Position numbers and translations under genes: made by a program. DNA of 64,000 bases from NCBI RefSeq assembly GCF_036365525.1, contig NC_090409.1, forward strand, positions 39,628,437 through 39,692,436, read 5' to 3'. The notes beneath the pieces were generated by a model. The model was not told where the DNA came from. It was given only the letters and a program-made list of their open reading frames with translations, and did not search any database. Positions 1 through 12,299 of this stretch are shown here, one piece after another. Positions within the stretch are counted from its first letter, which is position 1, and every line of letters starts with the position of its first letter. The stretch is from Heterodontus francisci. Taxonomy: Eukaryota.

Positions 1-505
1 AATTATCCAATAAACATTACACACAGAAACAAATTCTTTTATGGCCAAGGCCGTCACTCCAGGCCATTCTGCAGTCGCCAGGCTCCCTCTGGTGTCACTC
101 TGTGGCTGTAGATGGGCTATTTGACTGTGGGAGGCATCACAGCCCAGCTCCTTCCCCGAGAGAGGCGCCAAGATTTCAACAGGAGAGACAGAGATCAGGA
201 ACAGGAAATGTAGGAAGTGTATAAAACATTATATATGACAGCAGTCAGATCCATAATGATTGAATTGAAGAGATAGATATGAAGAGAGGCTGTGGGATAT
301 TTCAGTTTAATGTCAGACACTCGCCACTGTAAAGATTAGAAATAAGAATCAGCTGTGAGGCAATGTGGACTCAGCTGATATTGTGTGAGATTGCTGAGCT
401 TTTCTATTTCTAATGCAGAGACTGTGTGAATTCTATCTGCAATCGATGCAGACACACAGGAGCAGTAGTGTGAAGCTTACACACACACACACTCGGCAGT
501 GTGAG
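1..505. repeat. Duplicated copy of the BTG 3' UTR/downstream region (paralog of ~23059-23571)
   Basis: Direct alignment by eye: ~230-505 is nearly identical to ~23300-23571; 1-230 is more diverged. Similarity stops abruptly after ...gcagtgtgag (505 / 23571). Confidence 0.9.
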
Positions 506-514
506 CCTGACACA

Positions 515-650
515 CTGGCGCCAGGAGAAGCCCTTGCCGCCAAGGGGCGGGGCCGGGGGGCGGGGCGAGAGCTGAGTGACAGACCGGCCCGGCCGCTGAT
601 TGGGAGGCTGGCTGTGACCCCGCCCCCCGGCGCGAGCAGAAGCCGTTGGA
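515..650. promoter_or_regulatory. CpG-rich promoter-like patch (GC boxes, CCAAT)
   Basis: GGGGCGGGGC at ~544 and ~557, ATTGG at ~599, CCCCGCCCC at ~618, high CpG density. Starts right at the duplication breakpoint. Confidence 0.45.
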
Positions 651-1099
651 GGGAGAAGGGGTTGAAGTGAATGGAATGAGAGAATGGTGAGAGCAGAGGA
701 GGAGGCCATTCGGCCCGTCCTGTCTGTGCTGGCTCTCTGTCAGAGCAACTCAGCTAGTCTCACTGCCCCCCCGCCTTTTCCCCCCCTAGCCCCCGCACAA
801 CTTTACTCTTCACATCATTATCCAATTCCCTTTTGAAAGCCACCATTGAATGTGCCTCCACCACACTCTCAGGCAGCGCATTCCACATCCCAAACACTCG
901 CTGCCCAAAAAAGATCCGCCCTCCCCTCATGTCGCTACACGGTTAGTTAATGAGGTGACGAGTTAGAACTGCTTACCCGGTCAGCAGGGCCTGACTCAGG
1001 TCTTTGGAATTGGTGCCAGTGTTAATACAGGAGGTTTTTACTTACACACCAAGTGAGCAGCATGGAGGCCAGCACGATGGCGTACTGCTGCGACAGAGT

Positions 1100-1810
1100 A
1101 CTTCACTCGGACAATTTGGTGAGTGAGGGAATTCGGCGCAGGGAGGGAAGAGGTGCTGTTCTGGTCTTTCACAAAACAAGGAGTGATCCGAGAGAGGGAG
1201 AGGGAGACAGTGAGACCAGAGAGCTGAAGTCCAGAGGCATTAATTAGATAAACAGGTAAATGATTAGTTAGTGAGTTTTAAGGCTTCTTTTTCTCTAAAC
1301 TACGTCAGTGGTTTAAACATAGAACTGGGAAAGTATAAGTAGTGTATTAAGGTTATTATTTCACGTGTTAAACTACGTTATAAAATTACAAATAATCATT
1401 GATTAAAGACTTCAGTTAAATAAATAAAATAAGGCTAGTTTAAGATATAGCAGAGCAGATTGTGTGTCTGGACTGCAGAATGTGGGAGTTTGTGGACAGC
1501 GAGACTGTCCTGAGCAAACACGTCTGCAGGTGATGTCTCCATCTCGAATCTCTCCGGCTCAGAGTCATTGAGCTGGAGAGACTCTGACACATAAGAGAGG
1601 GGGAGGAATTTCTGGACAGTTTTATCCAGAATACACCCCAGAGGAAAACACAGGTTCAGGAAAGGGAGGGTGTGACTAATACGGAGCTGGGTAGTGGGGA
1701 TTTAGGAGAGGTTGAGAAGGAGGTCCCGCAGACACTGGCCCTGTCAGGAGGCTGTCCAGGGGAGGGGAGAGAAGAATAGAAATGTGATAATAGGAAACTC
1801 GATAATTACG
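1100..1810 (+). mobile_element. Degraded CR1 LINE 5' end / ORF1 fragment
   Basis: Disrupted frame reading CLDCRMWEFVD...HVCR*CLHLESLRLRVIELE, similar to the CR1 ORF1 Zn-finger/zipper at 62690 onward. Confidence 0.6.
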
Positions 1811-2345
1811 AATCTCACCAGAGCAGATGGTGAAATTTGAATTCACTTAAATCTGGAATTAAAAAGCTAGTTTAAAGATGACCATTACCGATTGTTGTAA
1901 AAACCCATCTGATTCACTAATATCCTTTCGGGAAGGTAAATCTACCGCCCTTACCTGGTCTGGTCTGGTCTACAAGTAACTCCAGACCCACAGCAATGTG
2001 GTTAACTCTTAACTGCCCTCTGAAAAGGCCGAGCAAGTCACTCAGTTTTATCAAACAATTGGGGATTATAGTAGAGGTGAAAAGGCCACAGCCATGAGGA
2101 CATTCAATGTGTCTCAGATACTGAAACAAGGACAACAGCAACTAAATGGAGTGATCAATGTGTCCTGGGTACTGAAGTAAACTCACTCACAACAATGAGG
2201 AAGATCTAGTTTATCCTGAAGTATGGATTCCATTAAAAGTCGTGTGTCTTGAGGTCACAGGGACAGTCAAACATGTTCCAAATCAGAGCAACATGAGGAG
2301 AGAGCCCCAACCAACAGTTCAATGTATCTCCGAAAGGTAAATTCC

Positions 2346-2359
2346 AGTTTCAGTTTCTC
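2346..2359 (+). promoter_or_regulatory. Consensus ISRE
   Basis: AGTTTCAGTTTCTC matches AGTTTCNNTTTCNC; about 1.7 kb upstream of the IgV gene ATG. Motif match only. Confidence 0.35.
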
Positions 2360-2919
2360 CCATTTATACAGTGTCTTTCTCACCAATTTACACGCAGCAA
2401 GTTCCCACAAATAACAATGTGATCAATGTCTGCATTAACCTGTTTTTGTGTTGGTTAAATTCGAAACATTGACAAATAAACCAGGAGGATCTGGCTTTGT
2501 GGTTGTGGGATCTTTCACATCAAATAGGGCAGACAGGGCCCTCGGTTTAACCTCTCACCTGAAAGACAGTACCTCTGACAGTGCAGCATTCCATCAGTAC
2601 TGCAGTACCTTCTGACTGAAGTGAGAGTGTTACCCACTGAGTCATGTCTGACACGTGGATACCAGCAGCCCTCTGTTTGCCCACATAAACATCCATTCTT
2701 CATGTGTGAGTTTTGACAGTGAAGGTAAACGTTTGTAAGGTTCAATCCTCAATGTGGAGCCTCATTCAGGCCAGGAGAGGGTTGGAATAATTGAGTGTGG
2801 AGGTAAGAAAGGCAGGAATGAGGGTTTCAGCAGCAGATGGGCTGAGTGGGTAAAGTCTGGGAGATGTAACAGAGAGGGAGGTTCGAGCTCTCACTGATGG
2901 AGCTGATGTGGCCGTAGAA

Positions 2920-3530
2920 AAAAGTCTCGCATTTCTGTCGTGCTTTTCACAACAACCGGCATCTGAAAATGCTTCCCAGCCAATGATATACTTTTTCTGA
3001 AGTGTATTGACTGTTGTAATGTAGGAAATGCAGCAGTTAGTGTGTGCACAGCAAGATCCCACAAACAGCAATGTGATAGTGACCACCCAGAACTCCCCCC
3101 TGTTTCTCAGACAGCTCCCTTGGCACCGACCCTGCGACAGTGCGGGGCTCCCTCTGCACCGACCCCCCGGCAGTACGGGGCTCCCTCTGCACCGACCCCC
3201 CGGCAGTGCGGGTCTCCCTCTGCACCGACCCTCCGACAGTGCGGGGCTCCCTCTGCACCGACCCCCCGGCAGTACGGGGCTCCCTCTGCACCGACCCCCC
3301 GGCAGTGCGGGTCTCCCTCTGCACCGACCCTCCGACAGTGCGGGGCTCCCTCTGCACCGACCCCCCGGCAGTACGGGTCTCCCTCTGCACCGACCCCCCG
3401 GCAGTGCGGGGCTCCCTCTGCACCGACCCCCCGGCAGTACGGGGCTCCCTCTGCACCGACCCCCCGGCAGTGCGGGTCTCCCTCTGCACCGACCCCTCCG
3501 ACAGTGCGGGGCTCCCTCTGCACCGACCCT
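2920..3530 (-). repeat. DeuSINE (SacSINE1-like) 3' part with internal 33-bp minisatellite (~3125-3530)
   Basis: SINE tail gcacagcaagatcccacaaacagcaatgtga; about 12 units of a GC-richer variant of the 33-mer. Confidence 0.8.
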
Positions 3531-3649
3531 CAAATAAACCTTGATTTTTGTTCCCAAGTCCTGGAGAGCTGCCAACTGAACCACAGCTGGATCTCAAATT
3601 CAGTGAAAGAAAACACCCTGGAAGATGTGGATTCAGTTCTGAGGAACAG

Positions 3650-3900
3650 TCAGAGAATAAAATAGAATAGAAACAGCACAGGAGGAGGAGAATGGAGCTG
3701 AAAGGGTTAAACTCTGTTTCTGTTTTTACAAAGTCTGAGAATTTCCCGGTTTGAGATATTTCAGCAAAACCTGTGCTGCATCTTTGGATCAGCTTGTCGT
3801 TTCTGTTTCCTGTGGTTAAACTGCTGTGAATTTGTGAGTTTGAGATTCTGAACCCAGTGGCGGGGGAGTGTGTAATCATGGTGCAGATTCTGGGACTGGA
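3650..3900 (+). promoter_or_regulatory. Candidate promoter of the IgV gene (kB-like, IRF/ETS, RUNX, GC-rich box)
   Basis: GAGAATTTCCC 3737-3747 (kB, one mismatch), TTTCTGTTTCC 3800-3810 (reverse GGAAACAGAAA, IRF/ETS), TGTGGTT 3811-3817 (RUNX), GGCGGGGG ~3859. Confidence 0.5.
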
Positions 3901-4012
3901 CTGGGATGATCCGCCCTCTGAATGATGTCAACAACCCCCTTATTAAATTATGTAAAGGCAAACAAGTGTCAGTGTTCCTGTCTCCGGGAGAGGATGATCC
4001 AGGATCGGGGCA

Positions 4013-4033
4013 ATGGATGGAAAAGCGCTGCAG
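4013..4033 (+). CDS. IgV B7-like gene, candidate first coding exon (MDGKALQ)
   Basis: Good Kozak gcaATGg, phase-0 donor CAG|GTACTG that matches the phase-0 acceptor at 14710. The donor is only moderate. Confidence 0.55.
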
Positions 4034-4055
4034 GTACTGTCAGTGTCTCACACCC

Positions 4056-4368
4056 GGGGGGTCAGTCATGGGGAGCGGGACCATGGACTGTGTCAGGGCT
4101 GCTCCCGGTCTCAATGTGTCTCAGAGCCGGGAGGGAGGGGGGTCAGTAATGGGGAGCGGGACCATGGACTGTGTCAGGGCTGCTCCCGGTCTCAATGTGT
4201 CTCAGAGCCGGGAGGGAGGGGGGTCAGTAATGGGGAGAGGGACCATGGACTGTGTCAGGGCTGCTCCCGGTCTCAATGTGTCTCAGAGCCGGGAGGGAGG
4301 AGGGTCAGTAATGGGGAGCGGGACCATGGGCTGTATCAGGGCTGCTCCCGGTCTCAATGTGTCTCAGA
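4056..4368 (+). repeat. 81-bp minisatellite, left half (~4 units)
   Basis: Unit gggggtcagtaatggggagcgggaccatggactgtgtcagggctgctcccggtctcaatgtgtctcagagccgggagggag; period 81. Confidence 0.95.
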
Positions 4369-4784
4369 CCTGGGGAGAGTGAGGGGGATCTGGGGAAGCT
4401 TTCCTTTCTCCCCCTCAGGATTCGCCTCTTTATTGTTTGTCTCCCTCTAAACAGGGAGAGAGTTTGTTCCATTTCTGGGCTTTGTCTTCCTGACCCTGTG
4501 GTAGGGTCTGTGAACGACCCACAACTTATCTGCTGTTTATTAACTTGCTCATTGCAGTTGTCGGTTGTGGTTTCTTTCAGGTTTAACAATACTCCTCTTA
4601 TTTTTGAATATTGTTTGTGGGTGAGGATAATTACTGATGGAGAAACTCCATGGGAAGCTGTTACTCTCCCTTCCATTCTGTATGTGTTGAACACAGAGCT
4701 GCCTCTTGTGTAAACTCTGATTTCTGATGGATTTCAGAGATTGAGGATGCTGGGCAGGTATTAACATCACTGGACAGACTGAGC

Positions 4785-5783
4785 TCCAGGACATCACTGC
4801 AGGAGTTCCTCAGGGTAGTGTCCTAGGCCCAACAATCTTCAGCTGCTTCATCAATGACCTTCCTTCAATCATAAGGTCAGAAGTGGGGATGTTCGCTGAT
4901 TGCACAATGTTCAGCACCATTCGCGACCCCTCAGATACAGAAGCAGTCCGTGTAGAAATGCAGCAAGACCTGGACAATATCCGGGCTTGGGCTGATAAGT
5001 GGCAAGTAACATTCGCGCCACACAAGTGGCAGGCAATGACCATCTCCAAGAAGAGAGAATCTAACTATCTCCCCTTGACATTCAATGACATTACCATCGC
5101 TGAATCCCCCACTATCAACATCCTAGGGGTTACCATTGACCAGAAACTGAACTGGAGTAGCCATATAAATGCCATGGCTACAAGAGCAGGTCAGAGGCGA
5201 GGAATCCTGAGGCGAGTAACTCACCTCCTGACTCCCCAAAGCCTGTCCACCATCTACTAGGCACAAGTCAGGAGTGTGATGGTATACTCTCCACTTGCCT
5301 GGATGGGTGCAGCTCCAACAACACTCAAGAATTTCGACACCATCCAGGACAAAGCAGCCCACTTGATTGGCTCCCCATCTACAAACATCCACTCCCTCCA
5401 CCACCGATGCACAGTGGCAGCAGTGTGTACCATCTACAAGATGCACTGCAGCAACGCACCAAGGCTCCTTTGAAAGCACCCTCCAAACCTGTGACCTCTA
5501 CCACCTAGAAGGACAAGGGCAGCAGATGCATGGGAACACCACCACCTGCAAGTTCCCCTCCAAGTCACACACCATCCTGACTTGGAACTATATCGCCGTT
5601 CCTTTACTGTCACTGGGTCAAAATCCTGGACCTCCCTTCCTAACAACACTGTGGGTGTACCTACCCCACATGGACTGCAGCGGTTCAAGAAGGCAGCTCA
5701 CCACCACCTTCTCAAGGGCTATTGGGAATGGACAATAAATGCTGGCCTGGCCAGTGACGCCCACATCCCATGAATGAATAAAA
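4785..5783 (+). mobile_element. 5'-truncated non-LTR LINE (CR1/L2 group), RT 3' part
   Basis: PQGSVLG and MFADCT (degenerate FADD) RT motifs, several stops, 3' end ...gacgcccacatcccatgaatgaataaaa. Confidence 0.85.
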
Positions 5784-6685
5784 CTATCCAACTAACTGGT
5801 TTAACCAGCCTTCCTGAAAACTACCTTGATTTTTCTGGCCCGTTTACAATCCAGAGGAGATGATGGAGAAATTAGATAATAGCTGCACACATGCTGAGAC
5901 TTGACCAGGAATTTTGTTTACGATTTTAAAATGGCTTTACAAAAATACAGTCTAAGGCTGGAGCTGTTAAGCTTACTGGTGGGACACATGCCAGAAGGTA
6001 GTCACCTCCTTGTTGCTGCTGCAGAGATCTGTCTTATGACTATTGGTTGAAACATTTCCCAATGATGATTTGGGACTCAGAATATTTTGGCTGTGTTTTC
6101 TGCTTTACCTGCTGACATATCTGAAGAATGTTAAAAGCACAGTCCATTATCTAGTCTAATCACACAAACACAATTCTGCCAACTAAACAACATCTTACAT
6201 TTCTCTAGCAGAGGGGTTAGGGAGAGAATTCCACAATATTGGGACTAATGTGTCTGAAGATCTGCCACTGAAAGTCTGAATGGAACACTGAGGATGTAAA
6301 GGAGATGAAAGTCAGAAGGCTTGTGCTGACATGTATTAGGGGTGGAGATTGAAGATGGGGATGGGCCATATAAACAAGCACATAGATTTTGAGTTCACTG
6401 CATTGAGGCAGGTGAGGCCCGTGCAGGTTGGTAAGGGGTGGGTTGGGGTGATAGGGGAGTGGGACTCAGTGCAAGGCAGGTGGGGTTTGGCTCAGTTGTA
6501 CTTTAAGCTGGATGGAACTATTCATTGTGTTGATTCACAGGTGAAGAGTGAGTGTTTGAGGGAGGTTTCAACGAGTGAGTGGGACCTATGGGATTGCACC
6601 CTCACACACCCGAGGAAAAATCAGGAAATGGGAGAAAAGTGACAAAAAGTGACATCTAAATGATTTCCTCATCCCTGAGGAGGGG

Positions 6686-7062
6686 TGAGTGGTAATGTCA
6701 GTGGACTAGTAAACCAGAGGTCAGGCTAATGCTCTGGGTTCAAATCTCACCACAGCAGATGGTGAAATTTACATTCAATTAATAAATCTGGAATTAAAAA
6801 CCTAGTCTAATGGTAACCAAGAAACCATTGTCAACTGTGGTTAAAAACCCATCTGGTTCAATAATGTCCTTTTTAAGATCGGAAATCTGCTGTCTTTACC
6901 TGGTCTGGCCTACATGTGACTCCAGACCCACAGCAATGTAGCTGATTCTTAATTATACCCTCTGAAATGGCCCAGCAAGTCACTTGGGTCAAAGGCAATT
7001 AGGGATGGGCAATAAATTCTGTCCTAGTCAGAGACACGGACATCCCACAAACAAATAAAAAA
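6686..7062 (+). mobile_element. tRNA-derived SINE sharing head and tail with the LINE at 7500-10392 / 16283-17190
   Basis: B-box-like GGTTCAAATC, body matching 16283-16600, tail ggcaattagggatgggcaataaa...catccca matching the LINE 3' end. Confidence 0.8.
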
Positions 7063-7304
7063 ACATTCTGTGTGTTAAATCGTGGAAATAAATATCTCTG
7101 CCTTTTAATGAGTCCAAAGACTTCCAAAGCAATAGGATTAATACAACAACAGAGAGGGTGGGGGAAGGGGACAGTGATGGTGAGGGACTTGGACAGAGAC
7201 GGTGAGGGGTGGGGGAGGAAGGGGACAGACAGTGAGGAGGGTGGGGGGGAACAGACGGTGAGGTGGGGGGGAAGGGGACAGAGATGGTGAAGGGGAGGAA
7301 GGAG

Positions 7305-10300
7305 AAACATCCTCTCCACATCCACCCTGTCAAGACCCCTTAGGATCTTATATGTTTCCATCAAGTTGCCTCTTACTCTTCTAAATTCCAACGGATACAA
7401 GCCTAGCCTGTCCATTCCAGGTATCAGTCCAGTAAACCTTCCCTGAACTGCTTCCAGTGCACTTATGTCCGTCCTTAAATAAGGAGACCAATACTCTTCT
7501 TTTTTTAATTCATTCATGGGATGTGGGCGTCACTGGCCAGGCCAGCATTTATTGCCCATCCCTAATTGCCCTTGAGAAGGTGGTGGTGAGCTGCCTTCTT
7601 CAATCGCTGCAGTCCGTGTGGGGTAGGTACACCCACAGTGCTGTTAGGAAGGGAGTTCCAGGATTTTGACCCAGCGACAGTGAAGGAACGGCGATATAGT
7701 TCCAAGTCAGGATGGTGTGTGACTTGGAGGGGAACTTGCAGATGGTGGTGTTCCCATGTATTTGCTGCCCTTGTCCTTCTTGTTGGTGGAGGTTGCGGGT
7801 TTGGAAGGTGCTGTCTGAGGAGCCTTGGTGCGTTGCTGCAGTGCATCTTGTAGATGGTACACACTGCTGCCACTGTGCGGTGGTGGAGGGAGTGAATGTT
7901 TGTCGATGGGTTGCCAATCAAGTGGGCTGCTTTGTCCTGGATGGTGTCGAGCTTCTTGAGTGTTGTTGGAGCTGCACCCATCCAGGCAAGTGGAGAGTAT
8001 TCCATCACACTCCTGACTTGTGCCTTGTAGATGGTGGACAGGCTTTGGGGAGTCAGGAGGTGAGTTACTCGCCTCAGGATTCCTAGCCTCTGACCTGCTT
8101 TTGTAGCCACGTTATTTATATGACTACTCCAGTTCAGTTTCTGGTCAATGGTAGCCCCGAGGATGTTGATAGTGGGGGATTCAGCAATGGTAATGCTGTT
8201 GAATGTCAAGGGTAGATGGTTAGATTCGCTCTTGTTGGAGATGGTCATTGCCTGGCACTTGTGTGGCACGAATGTTACTTGCCACTTCTCAGCCCAAGCC
8301 TGGATATTGTCCAGGTCTTTCTGCATTTCTACACGGACTGCTTCAGCATCTGAGGAATCGCAAATGGTGCTGAACATTGTGCAATCATCAGTGAACATCC
8401 CCACTTCCGACATTATGACTGAAGGAAGATCATTGATGAAGCAGCTGATAGTTGCGCCTAGGACACTACCCTGAGGAACTCCTGAGGTGATGTCCTGGAG
8501 CTGAGATGATTGAACTCCAACAACCACAACCATCTTCCTTAGCGCTTGGTATGACTCCAACCAGCCTAGAGTTTTCCCCCGATTCCCAGTGACTTCAGTT
8601 TTGCTCAGGCTCCTTGATGCCAAACTCGGTCAAATGCTGCCTTGATGTCAAGGGCAGATACTCTCCTCTCACCACCTCTTGTTCAGCTCTTTTGTCCATG
8701 TTTGAACCAAGGCTGTAATGAGATCAGGAGCTGGCAGAACCCAAACTGTGTGTCACTGAGCAGGCTATTACTAAGCAAGTGCCGTGTGATAGCACTCTTG
8801 ACCCCTTCCATCACTTTACTAATGATTCAGAGTATACTGATGGGGCGGTAATAGGCCGGGCTGGATTTGTCCTGCTTTTTGTGTACAGGACATACCTGGG
8901 CAATTTTCCACATTGCAGGGTAGATGCCAGTGTTGTAGCTGTACTGGAACAGCTTGGCTAGGGGCACGGCAAGTTCTGGAGCACAGGTCTTCAGTACTAT
9001 TGCCGGAATATTGTAAGGGCCTGTAGCCTTTGCAGTATCCAGTGCCTTCAGTCATTTCTTGATATCACACGGAGTGAATCGAATTGGCTGAAGTCTGGCA
9101 TCTGTGATGCTGGGGACTTCAGGAGGAGGCCGAGATGGATCATCAACTTGGCAGTTCTGGCTGAAGATTGTTGCAAATGTTTCAGCCTTATCTTTTGCAC
9201 TAATGTGCTGGGCTCCCCCATCATTGAGGATGGGGATATTTGTGGAGCTACCTCCTCCAGTTAGTTGTTTAATTGTCCGCCACCATTCACGGCTGGATGT
9301 GGCAGGACTGCAGAGTTTAGATCTGATCTGTTGGTTATGGGATCGCTTAGCTCTGTCTATCGCATGCTGCTTATGCTGTTTGCCATGCAGATAGTCCTGT
9401 GTTATAGCTTCACCAGGTTGACACCTCATTTTGAGGTATGCCTGGTGCTGCTCCTGGAATGCCCTCCTGCATTCTTCATTTGAACCAGGGTTGGTCTCCT
9501 GACTTGATGGTAATGGTAGAGTGGAGGATATACTGGGCCATGAGGTTACAGATTGTGGTTGAGTACAATTCTGCTGCTGCTGATGGCCCACAGTGCCTCA
9601 TGGATGCCCAGTTTTGCATTGCGAAATCTGTTTGAAATCTATCCCATTTAGCACGGTGATAGTGCCACACAACACGATGGAGGGTATCCTCAATGTGAAG
9701 GTGGGACTTCATCTCCACAAGGACTGTGCGGTGGTCACTCCTACCAATACTGTCATAGACAGATACATCTGCAGTAGGCAGATTGATGAGGACAAGGTTG
9801 AGTACATTTTTCCCTCTTGTTGGTTCCCTCACCAGCTGCTGCAGACCCAGTCTAACAGCGAAATCCTTTAGGGCTCGGTCAGTCGTGGAGCATCTGAGCC
9901 ACTCTTGGTGATAGACATTGAAGTTCTCCACCCAGAGTACATTCTGTGCCCTTGCCACCCTCAGTGCTTCCTCCAAGTGGTCAACATGGAGGAGTACTGA
10001 CTCATCAGCTGAGGGAGGGTGGTAGATGGTAATCAGCAGGAGGTTTCCTTGCCCATGCTTGACCTGATGTCATGAGATATCATGGGGTATGGAGCTGATG
10101 TTGAGGACCCCCAGGGCAACTCCCTCCCTACTGTGTTGCCACCTCTGCTGCAGCGGTGAGACTAGACATACCCAGGGATGGTGATGGCGGTGTCTGGGAT
10201 ATTGTCTGTAAGGTATAATCCTGTGAGTATGACTGTCAGGCTGTTGCTTGACTAGACTGTGGGACCGCTCTCTCAACATTGGCACAAGCCCCCAGATGTT

Positions 10301-11925
10301 ACTAAAGAGGACTTTTCAGGGTCGACAGGGCTGGGTTTGCCATTGTTGTTTCCGGTGCCTAGGTCGATGTTGGGTGGTCCGTCTGGTTTCATTATACACA
10401 GGACTTCAGATGTGGTCTCATCAATGCCCTGTATAGTTGAAGCATAACCTCCTACCTTTGTATTCAATTCCCCTCACGATCAACCTTAACATTCTATTAG
10501 CTTTCCTAATGACGTGCTGTACCTGCATACTAATCTTTTGCGATTCATACACTAGGACAAACAGATCCCTCTGCATCTGATCTCAGCAATCTCTCACCAT
10601 TTAGATAATATGCTGCTTTATTCTTCTGACCAAAATGGACAACTTTGCATTTTTCCCACATTATACTCCATTTGCCAGATTTTTGTCCACTCACTTAACC
10701 TATCTATATCCCTTTGTAGCCTCCTTATGTCCTCTTCATAACCTACTTTCCTACCTATCTTTGTGTCATCAGCAAATTTAGCAACCATATCTTCGGTCCC
10801 TTCATCTAAGTCATTTATAAAATTGTAAAAAGTTGAGGCCCCAGCACAGATCCCTGTGGTACACCACTCATTACATCCTGCCAACCAGAAAATGACCCAT
10901 TTCTGCCTACTGTTTCCTGTTAGTTAGCCAATCTTCTATCCATGCCAGTATGTTACCCCCAATACCATGAGCTTTTATTTTCTGCCATAACCTTTGATTT
11001 GGCACCTTATCAAATGCCTTCTGGAAATCTAAGTACAGTACATACACTGGTTCCCCTTCATTCACAGCACATGTAACTCCCTCAAAGAACTCCAATAAAT
11101 TAGTTAAACATGATTTCCCTTTTACAAAACCATGTTGACGGCCTGATTACCTTGAATTTTTCTAAGTGCCCTGCTATAACGTCTTTAATAATAGCTTCTA
11201 ACATTTTCCCTATGATAGATGTTAAGCTAACTGGCCTGTAGTTTCCTGTTTTCTGTCTCCCTCCCTTTTTGAATAAAGCTACCTTCGCTATTTTCCAATC
11301 TAATGGAACCTTCCCCAAATCTAGGAATTTTGGAAAATTGAACTAACGCATCAACTCTCTCACTAGCCACTTCTTTTAACACCCGAGGATGGAGTCCATC
11401 AGGACCTGGGGACTTGTCCGCCTGCAGCTCCAACAATTTACTCAGTACCACTTCCCTGGTGGTTGTAATTTTCTTGAGTTCCTCCCTCCCTTCCATTTCC
11501 TTACTTACAGGTAATTCTGGGATGTTACTTGTATCCTCTGTAGTGAAGACAAATGCAAAATATCTGTTCAATTCATCTGCCATCTCCTTATTATCCATTA
11601 TTAATTCCGCAGACTCACTTTCTATAGGACCAATGCTCACTTTGTTAACTCTCTTCTTTATTGAATATCTATAGAAACTCTTACTATCTGTCTTTATATT
11701 TCTAGCTAGCTTTCTCTCCTATTCTAATTTTACATTCCGTATCAATCTTTGCTGTTTTTTTAATCTTGTGTCCAATCTTTTGACCTGCCTCTCATCTTTG
11801 TGCAATTATATGCTTTTTCTTTAAGTTTGATACGATCTTTAAATGTTTTAGTTAACCACAGATTGCAGGTTCCCTCCGCCCCAGCCTTGGAATTTTTTTT
11901 CTCGTTGAAATGTATCTATTCTGTG
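7305..11925 (-). mobile_element. CR1 LINE ORF2 fragment, interrupted by a nested LINE
   Basis: KFADDTK, LDFQKAFDKV, KSPGPDG, NYRPVSLTS motifs; the CR1 sequence broken at ~7495 resumes at ~10393. Confidence 0.85.
7500..10392 (-). mobile_element. Nested, near full-length degenerate LINE (APE endonuclease + RT)
   Basis: EN motifs (GRSDH), RT motifs (PQGSVLG, MFTDD), multiple frameshifts, same 3' tail as 4785-5783. Confidence 0.85.
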
Positions 11926-12299
11926 TAATGTCAAATTTGAACAGTTATGCAATGTAATTTTTACAAATTTTATGAATAAGGCATATTTTTTGCAAAAGAA
12001 GAGAATGGAAATAGAAAAAATGGGAGCCCTTCCCCTTTCACTTGCTTCAAACTGATTCTAACCTTTCCCAGTTCTGATGGCAGATCACTGACCTGAGACG
12101 TTAATGTTCCTGTCTCCATGGATGTTCCCAGACCTGCTGAGGATTTCCATCATTTTCTGTTTTTATGACTATAAATCCTGGTGTTCCCAGATCACACTGG
12201 ATCCCAACAGAAATCAGTGCACTGTTTAACTCTCAAATCCCACTGCAGTAAATGCTCAGTGTGTAAATCCCAGTGTTCCCGGATCACACTGGATCTTTA

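Noticed and set aside
2150-2340. Possible orphan exon ending at aag|gtaaat (2337)
   Set aside because: No convincing acceptor or recognisable reading frame.
12060-12170. Penelope terminal-repeat remnant with a possible hammerhead ribozyme
   Set aside because: Core is mutated (CTGATGG and GAGAC instead of CTGATGA and GAAAC), so it is probably inactive.
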